A stretch of 64,000 nt of DNA from the human T2T-CHM13v2.0 reference genome, Homo sapiens. Shown here in pieces: positions 14,241 through 28,455 of this stretch. Under the pieces are notes generated by a model. That model searched no databases, was not told the DNA's origin, and was given only the letters and a program-made list of their open reading frames with translations. The stretch is taken from the NCBI RefSeq assembly GCF_009914755.1, contig NC_060927.1, one strand, 5' to 3'. A program made the position numbers and the translations under genes. The number at the start of each line of letters is the position of its first letter. Position 1 is the first letter of the stretch.

Positions 14241-15047
14241 TATAATAAGATGATGGTGTCTTCTCATTAGACAAAGTTTTTAATTACCTCAGTGGACCTT
14301 GCTTGAAGGCATGGGACACAGGAAGATGAGTTTTCATAACAGAGAATGCAAATGCTTGAAGTCTTTGCTAAGGAGGCAGGCAGTGCACAGAAAGTTACAG
14401 GAGTAGAAGCAGATAATAAGCAAAAGAGAGAACATCAGGGTTCTTGACAGGAGGATGGAAAGATGCTAAACATTTACCTCTTGTCACTATTTTGCATAAA
14501 GCTGGCCACAGCTCAGCTATTTGCAAGAGGCCATGTGGATATAGAGGCCTGGGTGAGATAAAAATGAACAGATTTGGGACTTCTGGTTACATGGGGGTGG
14601 AAAAGGCTTTAGGCCTTGATGTTTCCCTGTGTCCAAAATTTTGAAAGATCGATTGAGTCAGTAGGTATTTCATCTGTTTCTCTGTGCTTTCTGAGGGTCA
14701 GAGAATAGAGATGTCAAAAGAAACAGCTATTCTTACCAGGCATTGCAGTGATCCTCCATTAAGCCCCCTTGAGGCTCTTTAGGGCTTGTGCTAGTATCCA
14801 GCTTGAAAATAACAGTGTTGGTACTACCTTATAATCAAAAAGGGATTTCAGCTTGTCAAGGAGCTTGCAAGCTGGTGATCATGTTTGAGGTATTTGAAGC
14901 TAGTTTCTATTACGGTTACTTTACGAATGAGAAATCTAAGCACAAGATGGGCTGACCTGCTCCAGATCACATTGTAAACTTGTAAGAGGTGTCTGTCTAA
15001 CTCCTACTCTTGTGCCTTTTAAATTGTGCTGACACATTGCCTTGAGA

Positions 15048-15270
15048 GGTGGCATGGTACAGTGTTAAAAGGATAGACTCCAGCAATGTATCTTATTTAT
15101 TAGATGTCTGTTCATGGGCAAGTCGTCTAGATCTGGGTGCCTCAGTTTTTTTTTCTATAAAGTGGGGATATTGACATACCCACCTCTAAGTGTTATGGTG
15201 AGGATTCAAAGTATGAATATACCTTAAGTGTTTGGGAACTGTGCCTGGCTTATGATAAGTGCCATTTAGC
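15048..15270 (+). mobile_element. MIR
   Basis: gtgcctcagttt...ctataaagtgggga...ggtgaggattcaaa...gtgcctggcttatgataagtg. Confidence 0.65.
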
Positions 15271-15429
15271 TAAATCTGTACCAGTGCATCTCAATGTGAG
15301 AAACTGTGAACATAGAGGATCTCTGGTGGAAAGTTTTAGAAGTTGAGACTGAGTATGGTCCTAGGAACTTAATAAGCACAGTGGACCCCCTTTAACATTT
15401 AACAGGAATGGTGCTTGTGGCCTATCTCA

Positions 15430-15740
15430 CAAGCTTATCTCATCCTTCAGGTCTTAGCTCAAATACCACCTCCTCCAAGAGGTTGTCCCTGTTTATTGGC
15501 GGCTTCCCTTCACTTCCTGCCCACTTATTCTATCTCCCATCATTCTAACTCTTCCTCTTATAACACTTACCATAATCTGTAATTCCCTTTATTTACTTAC
15601 TTATCTACTTATTCATTGGATGCCTCTCTCACTAGAATGTCAACTTCATGAGGGCAGGGACCTTGTCTATTTTCTTCACCTCTAATATCACAATGCCCAG
15701 CATGGTTCCAAACGCATGGAAGATACCCTATGACTAATTT
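15430..15740 (+). mobile_element. L2 LINE 3' end
   Basis: tcatccttcaggtcttagctcaaat...ctagaatgtcaacttcatgagggcagggaccttgtc...cccagcatgg. Confidence 0.75.
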
Positions 15741-15839
15741 TGTCTGTGTGTTGTACACAGCAGTGAACTTCTGGCTTACCTAGAAGTTCATGCGATAGGG
15801 AGCACAGACTAGAACAGAACTTTAGAATTTAGGCATTCA

Positions 15840-16223
<384 letters not shown>

Positions 16224-17767
16224 CTATCTCTTTGTGTCCCACATTACATAGTGCCTCTTCTTGTCACGATCTAAATAGAAGCTTTCCTTCTCTGCCACAG
16301 GCATGGATTATTTTGGTGCCTTCATTATTTTTCTGATAGATGAAAGTGGCCAGGGCTGAAAGTTCCAGACAGATCTATTTGTGTCCACTTCATCTTCCAT
16401 TTCAAATTCTATTTATAAACACCACCATTCTCTTTACCTTCTAATTATGAACTGATTAAGGTCGAGTGCGTAAACGCGATACAGAGGGCACAATAGATCA
16501 CTGAAACACGAGCTCGTTTACCTGGAGAGAGATTTCACTGGCTTTTATAATACAAAAAGAACAGGTACAATAAATTATAGCACTTCCTTGAAATTAAAAT
16601 TTTTACTCAGAAACCAGAGGCACTAAGGAAAAGTCACCTGAAAAGCAATTACATGGTGATAAAATGTATGGACGTTTCATTGATGTTGGAAGTTGGACTC
16701 AGTTTGCCAGTTTAATTTGCAATTTGGGATTCTTCAAATGCATTGTGTGTGCCTTAGGCTTTGATGAGGGACTTCCTGTGAGTGTGCTAGCTCACTGCAG
16801 GTCGCTGGTCTTTGCTTTTTGGGATGGTGTAGAGGTTTGCTTGACAAAATGCAATTATTTCTGTTGCAGAAAGTATAGCAAAGCGCCAACCAAAGCTAGA
16901 AATAATTATTCTATTTGAGGCTTTAATAGGAATATCAGATGTAGCTCTGACTTGTTAAACAACTTTTTAAAGGTAGTTAGGTTGGATTGGAGCCTGAGGG
17001 AGGATGGGGTAGAAGTGAAAACGAGCTACCTTGCCAATGTTAAAAAAAAAAAAAAGAAATCTGAGCTTTCTTAACAGCTTCCTTAGCTTGAGTCATTTAT
17101 GTTCCCACTGTGGCTCCCTGTTTTCTCATCTGTAAAATGAAGGAGTGGGGCTGGATGATTTCTAAATTTATTTGTAGCTATTTCTTCCTAAGGCCATATA
17201 TAGTCAGGTGTTCTGTTCAGTAGTTATCTAAGACAGTCCTCATTTTATTTGAATCGTGTTTAGATTGAGGAGGTGAAGGCAGGGACTGGTGTTTGGCTTT
17301 ACCAAGCTAGGTTTGCCTAGGTATGAGGTGGAATATCATTCGATCATGGGAGCATGGAACTTTCCAGTACCATGTACAGTAGCAATTGGGGATCTTGGGG
17401 AGTCATGAGCTGAGATCTAAATAGATTCACCCAGCTGGAGGGAATTTTCCAGGTAACACATTACCACTTCTTAAAAACTCAAGCCTCTTTATAGGCTGTG
17501 AAGGCAAATTATCAAATTCTTGATTATTTTGGGAATTGAATGAAAGCTCTCTGATGTTAAGGATCCCATGGGTCTTGATTATCACTGTTTCTTCTACCTG
17601 GCACTTGGTTGGTGCTTCATTGCTACTTGTTAATTTAATAAAAGGCTAAATGATTCAGTACAATAGACTTATGGAAGAAGAAGGAGGGCTTGGGTGTCTC
17701 CCTATTTTCCTTTTCATTTTAGTCCATTAATTTCTCTCTGTTACGGCTGTTAAGAAATCCTGGGACT

Positions 17768-18050
17768 GGCCGGGCACGGTGGCTCACGCCTGTAATCCCA
17801 GCACTTTGGGAGGTGAAGGTGGGTGGACCACCTGAGGTCAGGAGTTCGAGAGCAGCCTGGCCAAAATGGTGAAAACCGTCTCCACTAAAAATACAAAAAC
17901 TACCTGGGCATGGTGGCAGGTGCCTGTAATTCCAGCGACTCGGGATTCTGAGGCAGGAGATCACTTGAACCCGGGAGGCGGAAGTTGCAGTGAGCTGAGA
18001 TGGCACCACTGCACTGGGCGACTGAGTGAGAAAAAAAAAAAAAAAAAAAA
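17768..18050 (+). mobile_element. AluS (Sx/Sq-like) with small 3' deletions
   Basis: ggccgggcacggtggctcacgcctgtaatcccagcactttggg...A20 tail; imperfect TSD aagaaatcctggga / aggaaatcttggaa. Confidence 0.93.
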
Positions 18051-19269
18051 GGAAATCTTGGAAATGCTTCGGTAGCCCAGAAAATTCTCATTTTTCTGAG
18101 GGAGAGAGTCAGCCAGTGCAGGGAGGTTCTCTTTGCAGTGCTATTAGATCTCTACATTTTCTCTCCATGATTCAGTTAGAAATGACGAGACATTCTGGGT
18201 TAGAAGTGAGCAACAGTCTAGGAATTGCAAGGATGTTACCCAATTTAGCCTTATTTCTGTTACCCACCTTCTCCTCTGTCCTTTCCCTTCCGAAACCTTC
18301 CCAGGAACTCCGGGCTACTCTACTCCAGGTGTTGCTAGAGCATCTCATAGCCATGGCATGCATTGCATTGTTGAATACTTACTTGCTCCCATGTCTAAAT
18401 TCCTAGCTTCATCAAGAGCTTCCCCCAAATGGGATCTTAGCCTTTTCATTTTGTGTCCCTCTTAGCACAGTTCTTTTATCTATGCTTGCTAATAAAGAAA
18501 GTCCTTTAGAAATATTTGTGACTCTTTGATACATGAACAGGGAGGAAACAAGTCTTCAGTAAGCAGTGTTGATGTTTGGTATAATCTAACGTGTGCCTAG
18601 GACTAAGGGGCTGTATTGGAGGGGACAGGACAAGCGAGGAGTGGGGCTGGATGATTTACTACCCTTGAGCTTCTACTGTTTGTGGAAAGGTAAGAACCCT
18701 TTAAGTTCCTACCCTTAAGCTTCTTTCAGCTTTGCTAGAGTTGTAAGTTTAGATCTATAAAAAAACAGATTAAAATCAAGTATTAGGCTGTGTGGATACA
18801 AGCAGTTTAGCTGTTTTGCCATTTAGAGGAATCAAAGACAGTTAAGGATGACATCTTATTTTCTAAAGTGACTCTAATGTACCTTTAAAAACCCAGTATA
18901 GACACAATCACATTCTAGAAACAAATACTCTCAAAACAGCTGGCCAGTCAGCTTCTTGCCTATCTTAAATTCACAAATTGTGGGTTATTTATGGCCTCTG
19001 TCTGTTGGGTACTCTCACCCTTGACTTTATGTGACCACAAAGATGCATACATATCTTTCCATTTATTTCTAATTACCTGAGGCTTTGTTTTTAAGGTAAA
19101 TGCACGGAGATTTCTTTTCTGCTGATGAGTTCCTGACTGACAGTCAGTATTGTGGAATTCCTGAAACTCCCCAGGCAAATACATTAGAAAATTACTTGAT
19201 GGTTTGCATGACTAAACCATCACAAACAGATTCTCTTCCATATCTCTGTAGGTACATCTTACATCTTTG

Positions 19270-19860
19270 TAACTATGACATTCAAAATGTATTGAATGGT
19301 AGAATATGTCAACTACTAGTCTAGATGCTGAGAGTACAGTAGTGAAAACACACACACATGTGAGTGTGCATGTACATATGCATGCATGTACCTTCCTAGA
19401 GTTAACATTCTATTTGCAGGAAACAGGCAATCAATAATATAAACATGGTATGTAAACGATATAGGAGGTTAGAAGGTGATAAGGGATTTGGGGAAGCATG
19501 GGGCAGACCAAGGTGATTGGATGTGCCAATGGGGTGGGCGTTGGTTGCCATTTTACACAAGGTGGTCAGGATGGACCCCAGTGAGGTGACATTTGAGTCA
19601 TCTTGAAATTATTATTGAAGGAGGAAAGGGAGAGGATCATGCAGGTAATTGGGGAGGAGCATTCCAGGCAGAGGGAACAGCCAGTGCAAAGGCCCTAAGA
19701 TAGAAGCATGCCAAGCATGTATGAAGAAGCTCCCAAGGAACTCAGTGTGGCCAGAGTAAAGAGTAGGAGGAGATGATATTGGAGAAGGAATGGAGGTCAC
19801 ATTATATAGCTCCTTGAAGGCCATGGTAAATACCTCAATTTTGACTGTGAGTGAATAAAT
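19270..19860 (-). mobile_element. L2 fragment
   Basis: gaggtgacatttgag...agcattccaggcagagggaacagccagtgcaaaggccctaag...gaaggccatggtaa. Confidence 0.75.
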
Positions 19861-20909
19861 AGGTAAAGGGGACTCATTATTTTACTATCATATTTTTTAG
19901 GAGATAGTATTTAGCAGTCTCTTAGAAGACTAGCTATTGGCCTCAAAATGTAAATTTGTCTGCTTTGATTTGATCTGCAAGGACCTCTAAGGGCAGTCAC
20001 TTGTCGGTATGATAAAATGATACAAGGGAAAAAGCCAGCCTGGGTATTACTCTCAGAGTCACTCCTGTCGGGGTCGTGGCTCATTTCTCTTTCAGTACCC
20101 CCAGTGACCCTGACTGTAAAATGATCATGTTAGGCAAATCAGAAAGGGAAACATTTGTTTCATATGCCAACTCTAGTTCACTCATAATGGTTGCTCAAAG
20201 TACCCAGAGAAAGAGTCTGCAGTAAATTCTTTGTGATTGATTAGCAATGTCTAACCTGAGAACAGACCAGGAAGTGGTGGGGAGTGTGCTATGAGCTAAG
20301 AGGCCTTAGGGTGTGAAAATTCTGTCCTTTATAGTTGGTTTTTAAAAGAAAGGCTACAGAGTTTTGTGATTTTGAGTTACAGTTGTGTTCATCACAAAAT
20401 GTGTGAAGACTTTGTAGCTACAAGAAAAAAATGTAAGAAATGAATTGGATAAAAGGAGCTTATATCCTTTTATGTGACAGTGCAAATTCTCATTCGTTAT
20501 CATAAAACGTGAACTTTCCTTGATAGACCTTGTGATAAAAATAACACTTTTAGGCTCTTCCTCATAAATCAGTGAGACAGATTGGATGGGTATTTTCCTC
20601 GTTTTACAGGATATTGGAGCACAAAGCTATAACTAATTACCTAATTAAAAAATTAACCGTGTTTTACTAGTGTAATGGCCAAAACAGGATCTTTTTGAGA
20701 GTGAAAGAAGATGCTATAAAGAATTACTCCCAGACAACAGGTACCCAATGGGACTATCCATGGCAAATGGGGATGTTTGATCATCCTAGATTTATTTGAG
20801 GCCCTGTGATTGATGCTTGGATAAAGCAGAACTGGAACCCAGATGTTCCCGTTGGAAACCATTTCCTTTTATCCAAAATTCTGATGCATTAGACACAGTG
20901 TGGGATGAT

Positions 20910-21140
20910 AATAATACTGGCAACTACCAGTTTTATGTGCTCATCATGGGCACAGTCATGTGCTACTCATTTTTTTCATGCTATTTTAATTTCAGTCTCA
21001 CAGTTCAAGGTCAATATTCTCTCCCTATTTTATAGACATGGAAACCAAGGCTGAGAGATGTGAAGTGACTTGCCAAAGCCACAGAGCTCAGAAAGAATAT
21101 CTGTCATTCAAGCCCAGCTCTGTGTAATCCAAAGTTCAAG
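20910..21140 (-). mobile_element. MIR
   Basis: ccctattttatagacatggaaaccaaggctgagagatgtgaagtgacttgccaaagccacagagct. Confidence 0.75.
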
Positions 21141-21184
21141 TTCAACTACAAGTTTATTCATTAGAAATATTTATATTAAAACAA

Positions 21185-21391
<207 letters not shown>

Positions 21392-23246
21392 TGATTCTTT
21401 TTAAAGGGATTCGTTACCATTAATTGAAGTATTTTGTATTTAAAATAGGATTTAAATTAAACCAAAGGCCCTGAGCTGATAACTCACTTCAGTATTATGT
21501 TCCAATTTAACCACCTTTTGAGGAAGGGAAATGGAGAAGATACTGGGACTGGAATAAGGGCTAGCTGCAATGAAAATAATAAGATGCAGCAACACTACTT
21601 CCTGATTTGGATAAAGAAGAGCTGGAGTAAAGAGAGAGCTGTTTTATTTCAGCTCCAGAGGGAAAACCCTAGTGTGTATTATAGGAGAGAGCTGGAGGGA
21701 GTGGGAAGAACCTTCTGGCTGCTGCTCAGATGTGTGCTGGAACTACAAAGTAGGGATTTTCCTTTGATGAACTCAAACTGCTTAGAAAGGTGAAAAGTTC
21801 ACTTGTAAATGAGACTTGGTAGTGCAAACCAGGAGCAAAGAGAAGGAGCTCTCGTGTTCTTGAAGCTATCTTCAAGCCTCCAGTGATGTGTAGGGGTCTG
21901 AGGTTCCCACTCTGGGCTGTGGATCAGGGTGAGTTAAAAGGAATGTTTTAATGAAAGAGCAAGAGCATAAAGAAAACTTACCAACATATACGTTAGAGTA
22001 TATTAACTTTGGAGTTGCTTTATAAATAGTAGTTGAATAGATGCTTCATCAAAATTTGATGCATGTATGAAATGTATATTTGAATATGCATTTGAATATA
22101 TATACATATATCTATATCCATTTAATTGCATTGTCAAAGCAGATGGACTTAACAAAGAGCTAACATTGTAATCTCATGTCCTAAATAAGAGGTGAGCTTT
22201 GATGTCATGTCTGTGGTAGATTACCACTACCTGGTAATAGACTATTTAAGTTATAGGATTAGTTGCAAAGACAAAGAAAATCTCGCTCAAGTGCTATAAC
22301 TGAACACTCAAAATGAGGAAGTAGAAGTCTAGGTAGTGATGATTCATAAGTGAAAAGAAACGATCTCTGTTCTCTTGCTATTTAGAAGCCACTTTTGTCA
22401 TTCAAAGAGCTCTCAAGCTCCATCAGTTCACACATATCATATGCTTAGGGCTGGTCACGATTCTGCCAACACTGCAACCTCTGTACCTACCTTTCTATCT
22501 TTTCTTATGATTCCTATTCTCCCTTTATTCTCTATCACATTTATCATAGAGCATAAAGAAAATAGAATTTTCACAACTTTTTGGTTAGGTCCTAGATAAA
22601 TCAGCTGGGCTTTTTCCCCCCATGGATGATTGACAATTCTGATGTAATACAGAATAAAGGGAGCTCTGAAGACCAAAGTCTATGGTCTTCACTGCATCTC
22701 AATTCCCAACGATTCTTATCATATGCTAACTTCTACATTTTTAGTTTTAGGAATTTTAGTGTTCTGGGACAGGATGTTTTAATTCTAAATATATTCCCTG
22801 AGCCATAAAACCCAGCAAGAACAGCATAAGTACTCAAGCTAAAATGTGTGAATAATAACCTAACCAAATCAATAATTTAAGGCCAGTGCAGATGTGTGAA
22901 GTTACATGTGTTCCTGACAACTTTGTTACTCTGTGTTTCTACTGGTTTTGCTTTTCTGCTTCCAAGTCTAGTGAAATGCGTTTGCAATATAGAGACATCA
23001 AAGGCCTGATGAGTGAGCTGGTGGTGCTGATCAGCGGAAAGATCAAAGCAAGCAGGGCTGTAGAGGGATTAGGGATATTATCACGGCAGAGGTTCAGTGA
23101 TAAAATCAACCTGACAGGGTAGAACCTTGGTTTTTGGAATAAGGCTGGCCTATAAGGTCTGAGGGGGATTAGCAGAAAGAAGAGCTTCATGCTGAATCTT
23201 GTGATGGCTTGAACTAGGAATTAAAAAATTCCCCTGGTCAAGGAAA

Positions 23247-23576
23247 TGTTGTAGGACTTTCTCCTTAGTTCAGCTAAAAGTCGGGTTCTTGTCACATGGC
23301 CATGAGAGATTAGGCTCTCAGACAATTTGAAGGGTGAGAAAAATGGAATTTATTGGTGAAAAGGAAAAAAAAAGGGAAACAGGGACTTTCAGCAAAGCAA
23401 GAGTCCTGCTAGCTGGTTTCCATCTGACAGATTGAATCCCAGTTTCCATCCCCAACAAGAGAGGCCAGGCTCCTTCCCGCTGCAAAGGGTGTGAACTTCT
23501 GTGGCTCCACCCTGTTCTCCTGGTGTGTAGGCTGGTCGGAGTTTCTCTGGGGACCCCTTTAGACTTGGCTGTCTCA
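23247..23576 (-). mobile_element. ERV1 solo LTR (MER61-like)
   Basis: tgttgtaggactttctccttagttcagctaaaa...ggaccccttt..cttggctgtctca; TG..CA ends with 4-bp TSD gaaa at 23243-23246 and 23577-23580. Confidence 0.8.
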
Positions 23577-23622
23577 GAAAGAATGGGCTTCAGATTTTAG
23601 GAGTAGCCTAAGCCAAGCCTAA

Positions 23623-23775
23623 GCAAGCCAAGGAGAGAGACCCCAGGAGAAACTAACCCTGCTGATGCCTTGATCTTGGACAATCTATCCTCCAGAATAG
23701 TGAGGAAATAAATACATTTCTGTTGTTTAAGCCACGCAGTCTGTGGTATTTTGTTGTCATAGCCCTAGGAAAACT
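23623..23775 (+). repeat. MLT1 LTR 3' fragment, a near-identical local copy of 26981-27130
   Basis: Manual alignment to 26981-27130: 8 substitutions and one 3-bp indel over ~150 bp. Confidence 0.9.
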
Positions 23776-23951
23776 GAGGCTTCTCATGATGAATAAGTGA
23801 CCCCATTCATGGGAAGGTCTGGGATACCAGGGCAGGAGCCAGGCAGATCCTGATTGTGCCACAAAAGAGAATGTGGGGGATGAGACTATTTCTAGGCAAC
23901 ATTTCAGGTTCAGAGCAATCATTGCATTTTGAGATTTTTGGGAAAGGTTAC

Positions 23952-24511
23952 TGTGTCAGGAGGTCCCCAAGACCACTCTCAGTTTTGTTGATTTGCTAGG
24001 AAGACTCATAGGACTTGGCATACAATTGTACTCACAGCTAAGATTTATTTTGGTGAAAGGATAGGAAGCAGCATCAGTGTGAGGAAAAGATGCATGGAGT
24101 GAGGGCTGTAGGGGGCCAGGCATCAGCTGCCGAGAGTCCTCTCCCAGTGGAGTCTTACAGGCCATACTTAATTTCTCCAGTACTGAATTGTGACAATGCA
24201 CGTAAAACATTGTCTATCAGGGAAGCTCACCAGAGACTCGGTGAGCTTTTTATAGGGGACTGGTCATGGGTAGCTGAGAACATACCAAAATTCCAGGCTC
24301 CCAGAAGGAAAGGAGGTGTTCAGCATATACCACATTGTTTGTACACACCATTTATATTTAGGCACAATGAGCCACTCTGATCAGGTAGGGGATGGTGGGA
24401 ACCTTCCTGAAATCCAAGTTCCTAGACAGACACTAGGTAAGGGCTGACTTTATAAGCGGGTCTTCCTAAGGAGAGCAGTCTCAGAGCTGCTATATTAAAC
24501 TCTTCTGCGCA
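23952..24511 (-). mobile_element. ERVL-type solo LTR (MER77/MER21-like)
   Basis: tgtgtcaggaggtccccaagaccac...gtactcacagctaagatttatt...ctgctatattaaactcttctgcgca; probable 5-bp TSD gttac / gtcac. Confidence 0.7.
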
Positions 24512-24680
24512 GTCACCTAAGTGATAATTCTGTCAAAGCCTGGGATGGCTGCCTCTTGTGTACAGCGAGAGTCTGGCAGAGGTGAGGGAATCTTAATTTG
24601 GGTGTTTGCGAAAAAGGCATGGAGATAATTTCTGCCTCAGGCTCCCTGATAAATGAGAACCCCAGGGATTCTGAATGTAG

Positions 24681-25173
<493 letters not shown>

Positions 25174-25184
25174 ATCTTTGCTCT

Positions 25185-25296
25185 TGAGCTCTTAAAGGCA
25201 GGACCCATGTCAGATTCATTCTCAAAATCTCTAAGAGTTCTAGAACAGGACTTGCACATAGTAAACAGTATGTGCTTAATAAACATTTACTGAATC
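25185..25296 (+). mobile_element. L2 3' end
   Basis: gagctcttaaaggcaggacccatgtc...tagaacaggacttgcacatagtaa...cttaataaacatttactgaat. Confidence 0.65.
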
Positions 25297-26763
25297 ACAC
25301 AGAGGTGTTGTCATGTATCAACCACAGGGTCTCACTCAGAGACACTGGTAGACTTAAAACCTTGTGCCTAAAGGCCCGGATCTTCTTACCAATTTAAGAC
25401 TGTGAAGGAGAGAAAACTCCCTGCAGAGTCTGAAATTAAAATGTAAGCAAGTGAAGCTAAAAATAAACAGCAACGTGGGATTCCTCAATTCCGACAGGCT
25501 GTGACAGCACCAAGTGTCATGCGGCTCTGAGTGATGAACAAGAGGAATAAATTTAGAAGGCTTAATGAGGGGGGATTCTATAACTGCTTGAAAAGCCTAA
25601 GCCACCAAATGGAATGAAATTTTCCTAGACAGGAGTGCGATATTCCCTGCCGCCACCCCTGACGTCTCTGGGCAATGTGACACACTTTCTAACCTCCTGA
25701 ATACAATCAGGTCACCCATCCCAGAGAGAGTGGGGTCTAGTGAGAAGGAAGCACAGTCTCTGGCCCTAAACCCAGAGTGGCTGCTGGGAATGCCCCATCC
25801 CCGGAAGTTCTTTTTACAGGACATAGAGTCATCATCACAGGATATTAGCAATGGAATCAGCCTTTGAGTCATTAATGGTTTTCAGAATCTTTGAGCTTCA
25901 AAGACTTCACAAAATGTTATGCAGAAGGGCAAGATAGAAGGATAAAAAGTAGAACTGCTGTGATTGAAGTGGAGGCAGCAGATTGGCTTCCCATCCCTCC
26001 ACCTTCCCTACCTTATATCTGTGGAACCCCTGGGTTCCTGAAGAGCAGGACTGCTGTGTGGCGTTGTGCAGTTTCTGCACATGGACAGTGTATACATTTG
26101 TCTCAGAGCACAGCTTGAAACAATTGATATAATTTAATCTTCTTATTTATGAGTAAGGAAATTCAGGCCTGAAGTGAAGCAACTTGCACAACGTCAATAA
26201 ATTAGTATCAGAGGTGGGATTTGGATGTAGGATTAGTGACTCCCAATTCATTGCTATTTTAGACACTTCTTGATATCTAGGGTCTCGCTAGCCCACCCGT
26301 GCAAAAACAGCCTTAGAGCAGAAATCATGCGTCAGGGTGGAATGTCCATCTTGCTTCAGAGAAGAAACAAAATAGAAAACATCTTCATGGTCCAGGTGTG
26401 CTTTCAGAGGTGCCAGCTTGGGTGCACAACCAGGTCATCATCAGCCTGTCCTTTAGGCATTGGTAGTGAATGAAAAGCTGAGAAACTCTCCCACTCCCAG
26501 GGCCGTGGCTTTCCAATAAAGATAACACTGATAAAAGACTACCCGCATGACTTGAACTATGGCTTTGACTGTGACTACAACTTTGTCTATGACTAAGATT
26601 AGGACTATTACCCCCACCAAGTACCTATCAGAGATTCTTGTTACATTACCCACCAAAATGTAGGATCCAAGAGAGCAGGGTCTTTGCCAATTTTGCTCTT
26701 CATTGTATCTCCAGGCTCGCATACATAGTTGGTGCTGAATAAATATTGGGGATTCTTTTGGGC

Positions 26764-27136
26764 TGTATTATATTCCCCCAAATTCATATGTTGAAGTATT
26801 AACCCCCGGTGCCTCAGAATGTGTCTGTGTTTGGAGTTAGGGCCTTTGAAGAGATAATTAAGGTGAAATGAAGTAATATGGGTGGTCCCTAATGCAATAT
26901 GACTGGTATCCTTATAAGAAAAGATTCGCACACAGCCACAGAGGTAAGACCTTGGAAAGACAAAGAGAAGAGGGCCATCTGCAAGCAAAGGAGAGAGACC
27001 TCAGGAGAAACTAACCCTGCTGACGCCTTGGTCTTGGACAATCTATCCTCCAGAATTGTGAGGAAATAAATACACTTCTGTTTAAGCCACGCAGTCTGTG
27101 GTATTTTGTTATCGTAGCCCTAGGAAAACTAACACA
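26764..27136 (+). mobile_element. MLT1A/B (MaLR) solo LTR
   Basis: tgtattatattcccccaaattcatatgttgaagt...gggtggtccctaatgcaatatgactggtatccttataaga...gccctaggaaaactaacaca. Confidence 0.85.
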
Positions 27137-27889
27137 GGGATTAAGCAAAGCATCCCTAGCTAGGTGTGCCGTTTCTGAGTTTGGAGCTCTACCCGCTGTT
27201 TGAAATGACACATTTGATATTCCTGTACAAGGAAAGATGAGGGATAAAGACTTACTCATTCAAATGATTTTCAGTGGTTACTGTTTCAAGGTTACCTTTA
27301 AGTCATGAGAATTTCTTCTGTTTTGTAGGACGAAATCCAAACGGGCTGTAATCTTTAATCACGTCTTTCTGCCTGTTCCCCAAACTTTTGTTGTTAAAAT
27401 GTTTGGAAGTTTTTTGGTCTCCTTATTTTAATTTTTACAAAGCAGATGAAGAAGTGAGAAGCATAGGTAATAACAAAACTATAAAACTAATTAACACCTC
27501 AGATTATAATGAGAAGGGGTTGACAGAATGTCTCTTTTTAACAAAACCTATGAATATTAAGGGTTTCGCTGCTGTCAGTATTTTCCTAGAAGAAGCAGGT
27601 CCTTCCTTCTGTATCCAAGCCCCAAAATAAAAAGTATCCTTAATGTGTTCATAAATTACAAAAACAGAGTTATATGGGAAACCACACTCTTGTCAAACCA
27701 CCTTGGGGAAATAATTAGGGATATTGGTACTGTTTGTTTCTGGCCGGCATTTTGCTTGAACAAATGAACCTACTGTTAAGGCTGAAGGAGGGGATGGGGG
27801 CAGGGGTACCAGCAGTGAAAAATCTATCGTAAGATATAGACTCTCCAAGAGCACTTACACTTCAGACATCACGAATCTCCTTGTGATAC

Positions 27890-28050
27890 TTAGAGCTTCA
27901 GAGTCAAGGAGATCTGACTATATGACCTAGGGCAGGTCACTTGACTTTCCTGAGCCTCAATTTCCCCATCCCAAAACATGTGTAATATAACTTATACCTC
28001 AGAGAATTGTTTTGGGAGAAATAAATGAGATGAACTTAGTACAGGAAGTT
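27890..28050 (+). mobile_element. MIR
   Basis: tgacctagggcaggtcacttgactttcctgagcctcaatttccccatc. Confidence 0.7.
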
Positions 28051-28162
28051 AAGAACTTAAAAAAGGGAGTGGTTTTATGGCTATGAAGTAGACTTCGGTC
28101 AGTTCTTAAATATTTCCAGGATGTGGAATTTGCTAGATTCAACTTTCCTTTGGCTCAGGAGA

Positions 28163-28223
28163 CAAAAACAAAAAAAACAAAAACAAAAAAAACAAAAACA
28201 AAACAAACAAAAAAAAAACAACC
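28163..28223. repeat. (CAAAA)n-like A-rich simple repeat
   Basis: caaaaacaaaaaaaacaaaaacaaaaaaacaaaaacaaaacaaacaaaaaaaaaacaac. Confidence 0.85.
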
Positions 28224-28231
28224 AGTCAAGT

Positions 28232-28455
28232 GGGAGTGAGATGACTTTAATTCTAGGCTCAGGTCTGTTATTTACTAGTCACATGTCCTTTGACAAGTCA
28301 CTTAGTTTATCTGAGCCTCAGTTTGTTCAATTAAACCCAGGGATGCAGGGTGGCAGGGTGGCATGCTCTCCTAATTGCTGTGAGGATGAAATGAGAGAAC
28401 GTAAAAGGGGTGCATTGTAACCTGTAAAGTGTTATGCCAATTTACAGTATTACTA
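28232..28455 (+). mobile_element. MIR
   Basis: tttactagtcacatgtcctttgacaagtcacttagtttatctgagcctcagttt...tgctgtgaggatgaaatgaga. Confidence 0.7.

Noticed and set aside
25645-25665. Possible CTCF site (gtcaggggtggcggca on - strand)
   Set aside because: Only the 3' half matches the core; the 5' CCAS-YAG positions mismatch.
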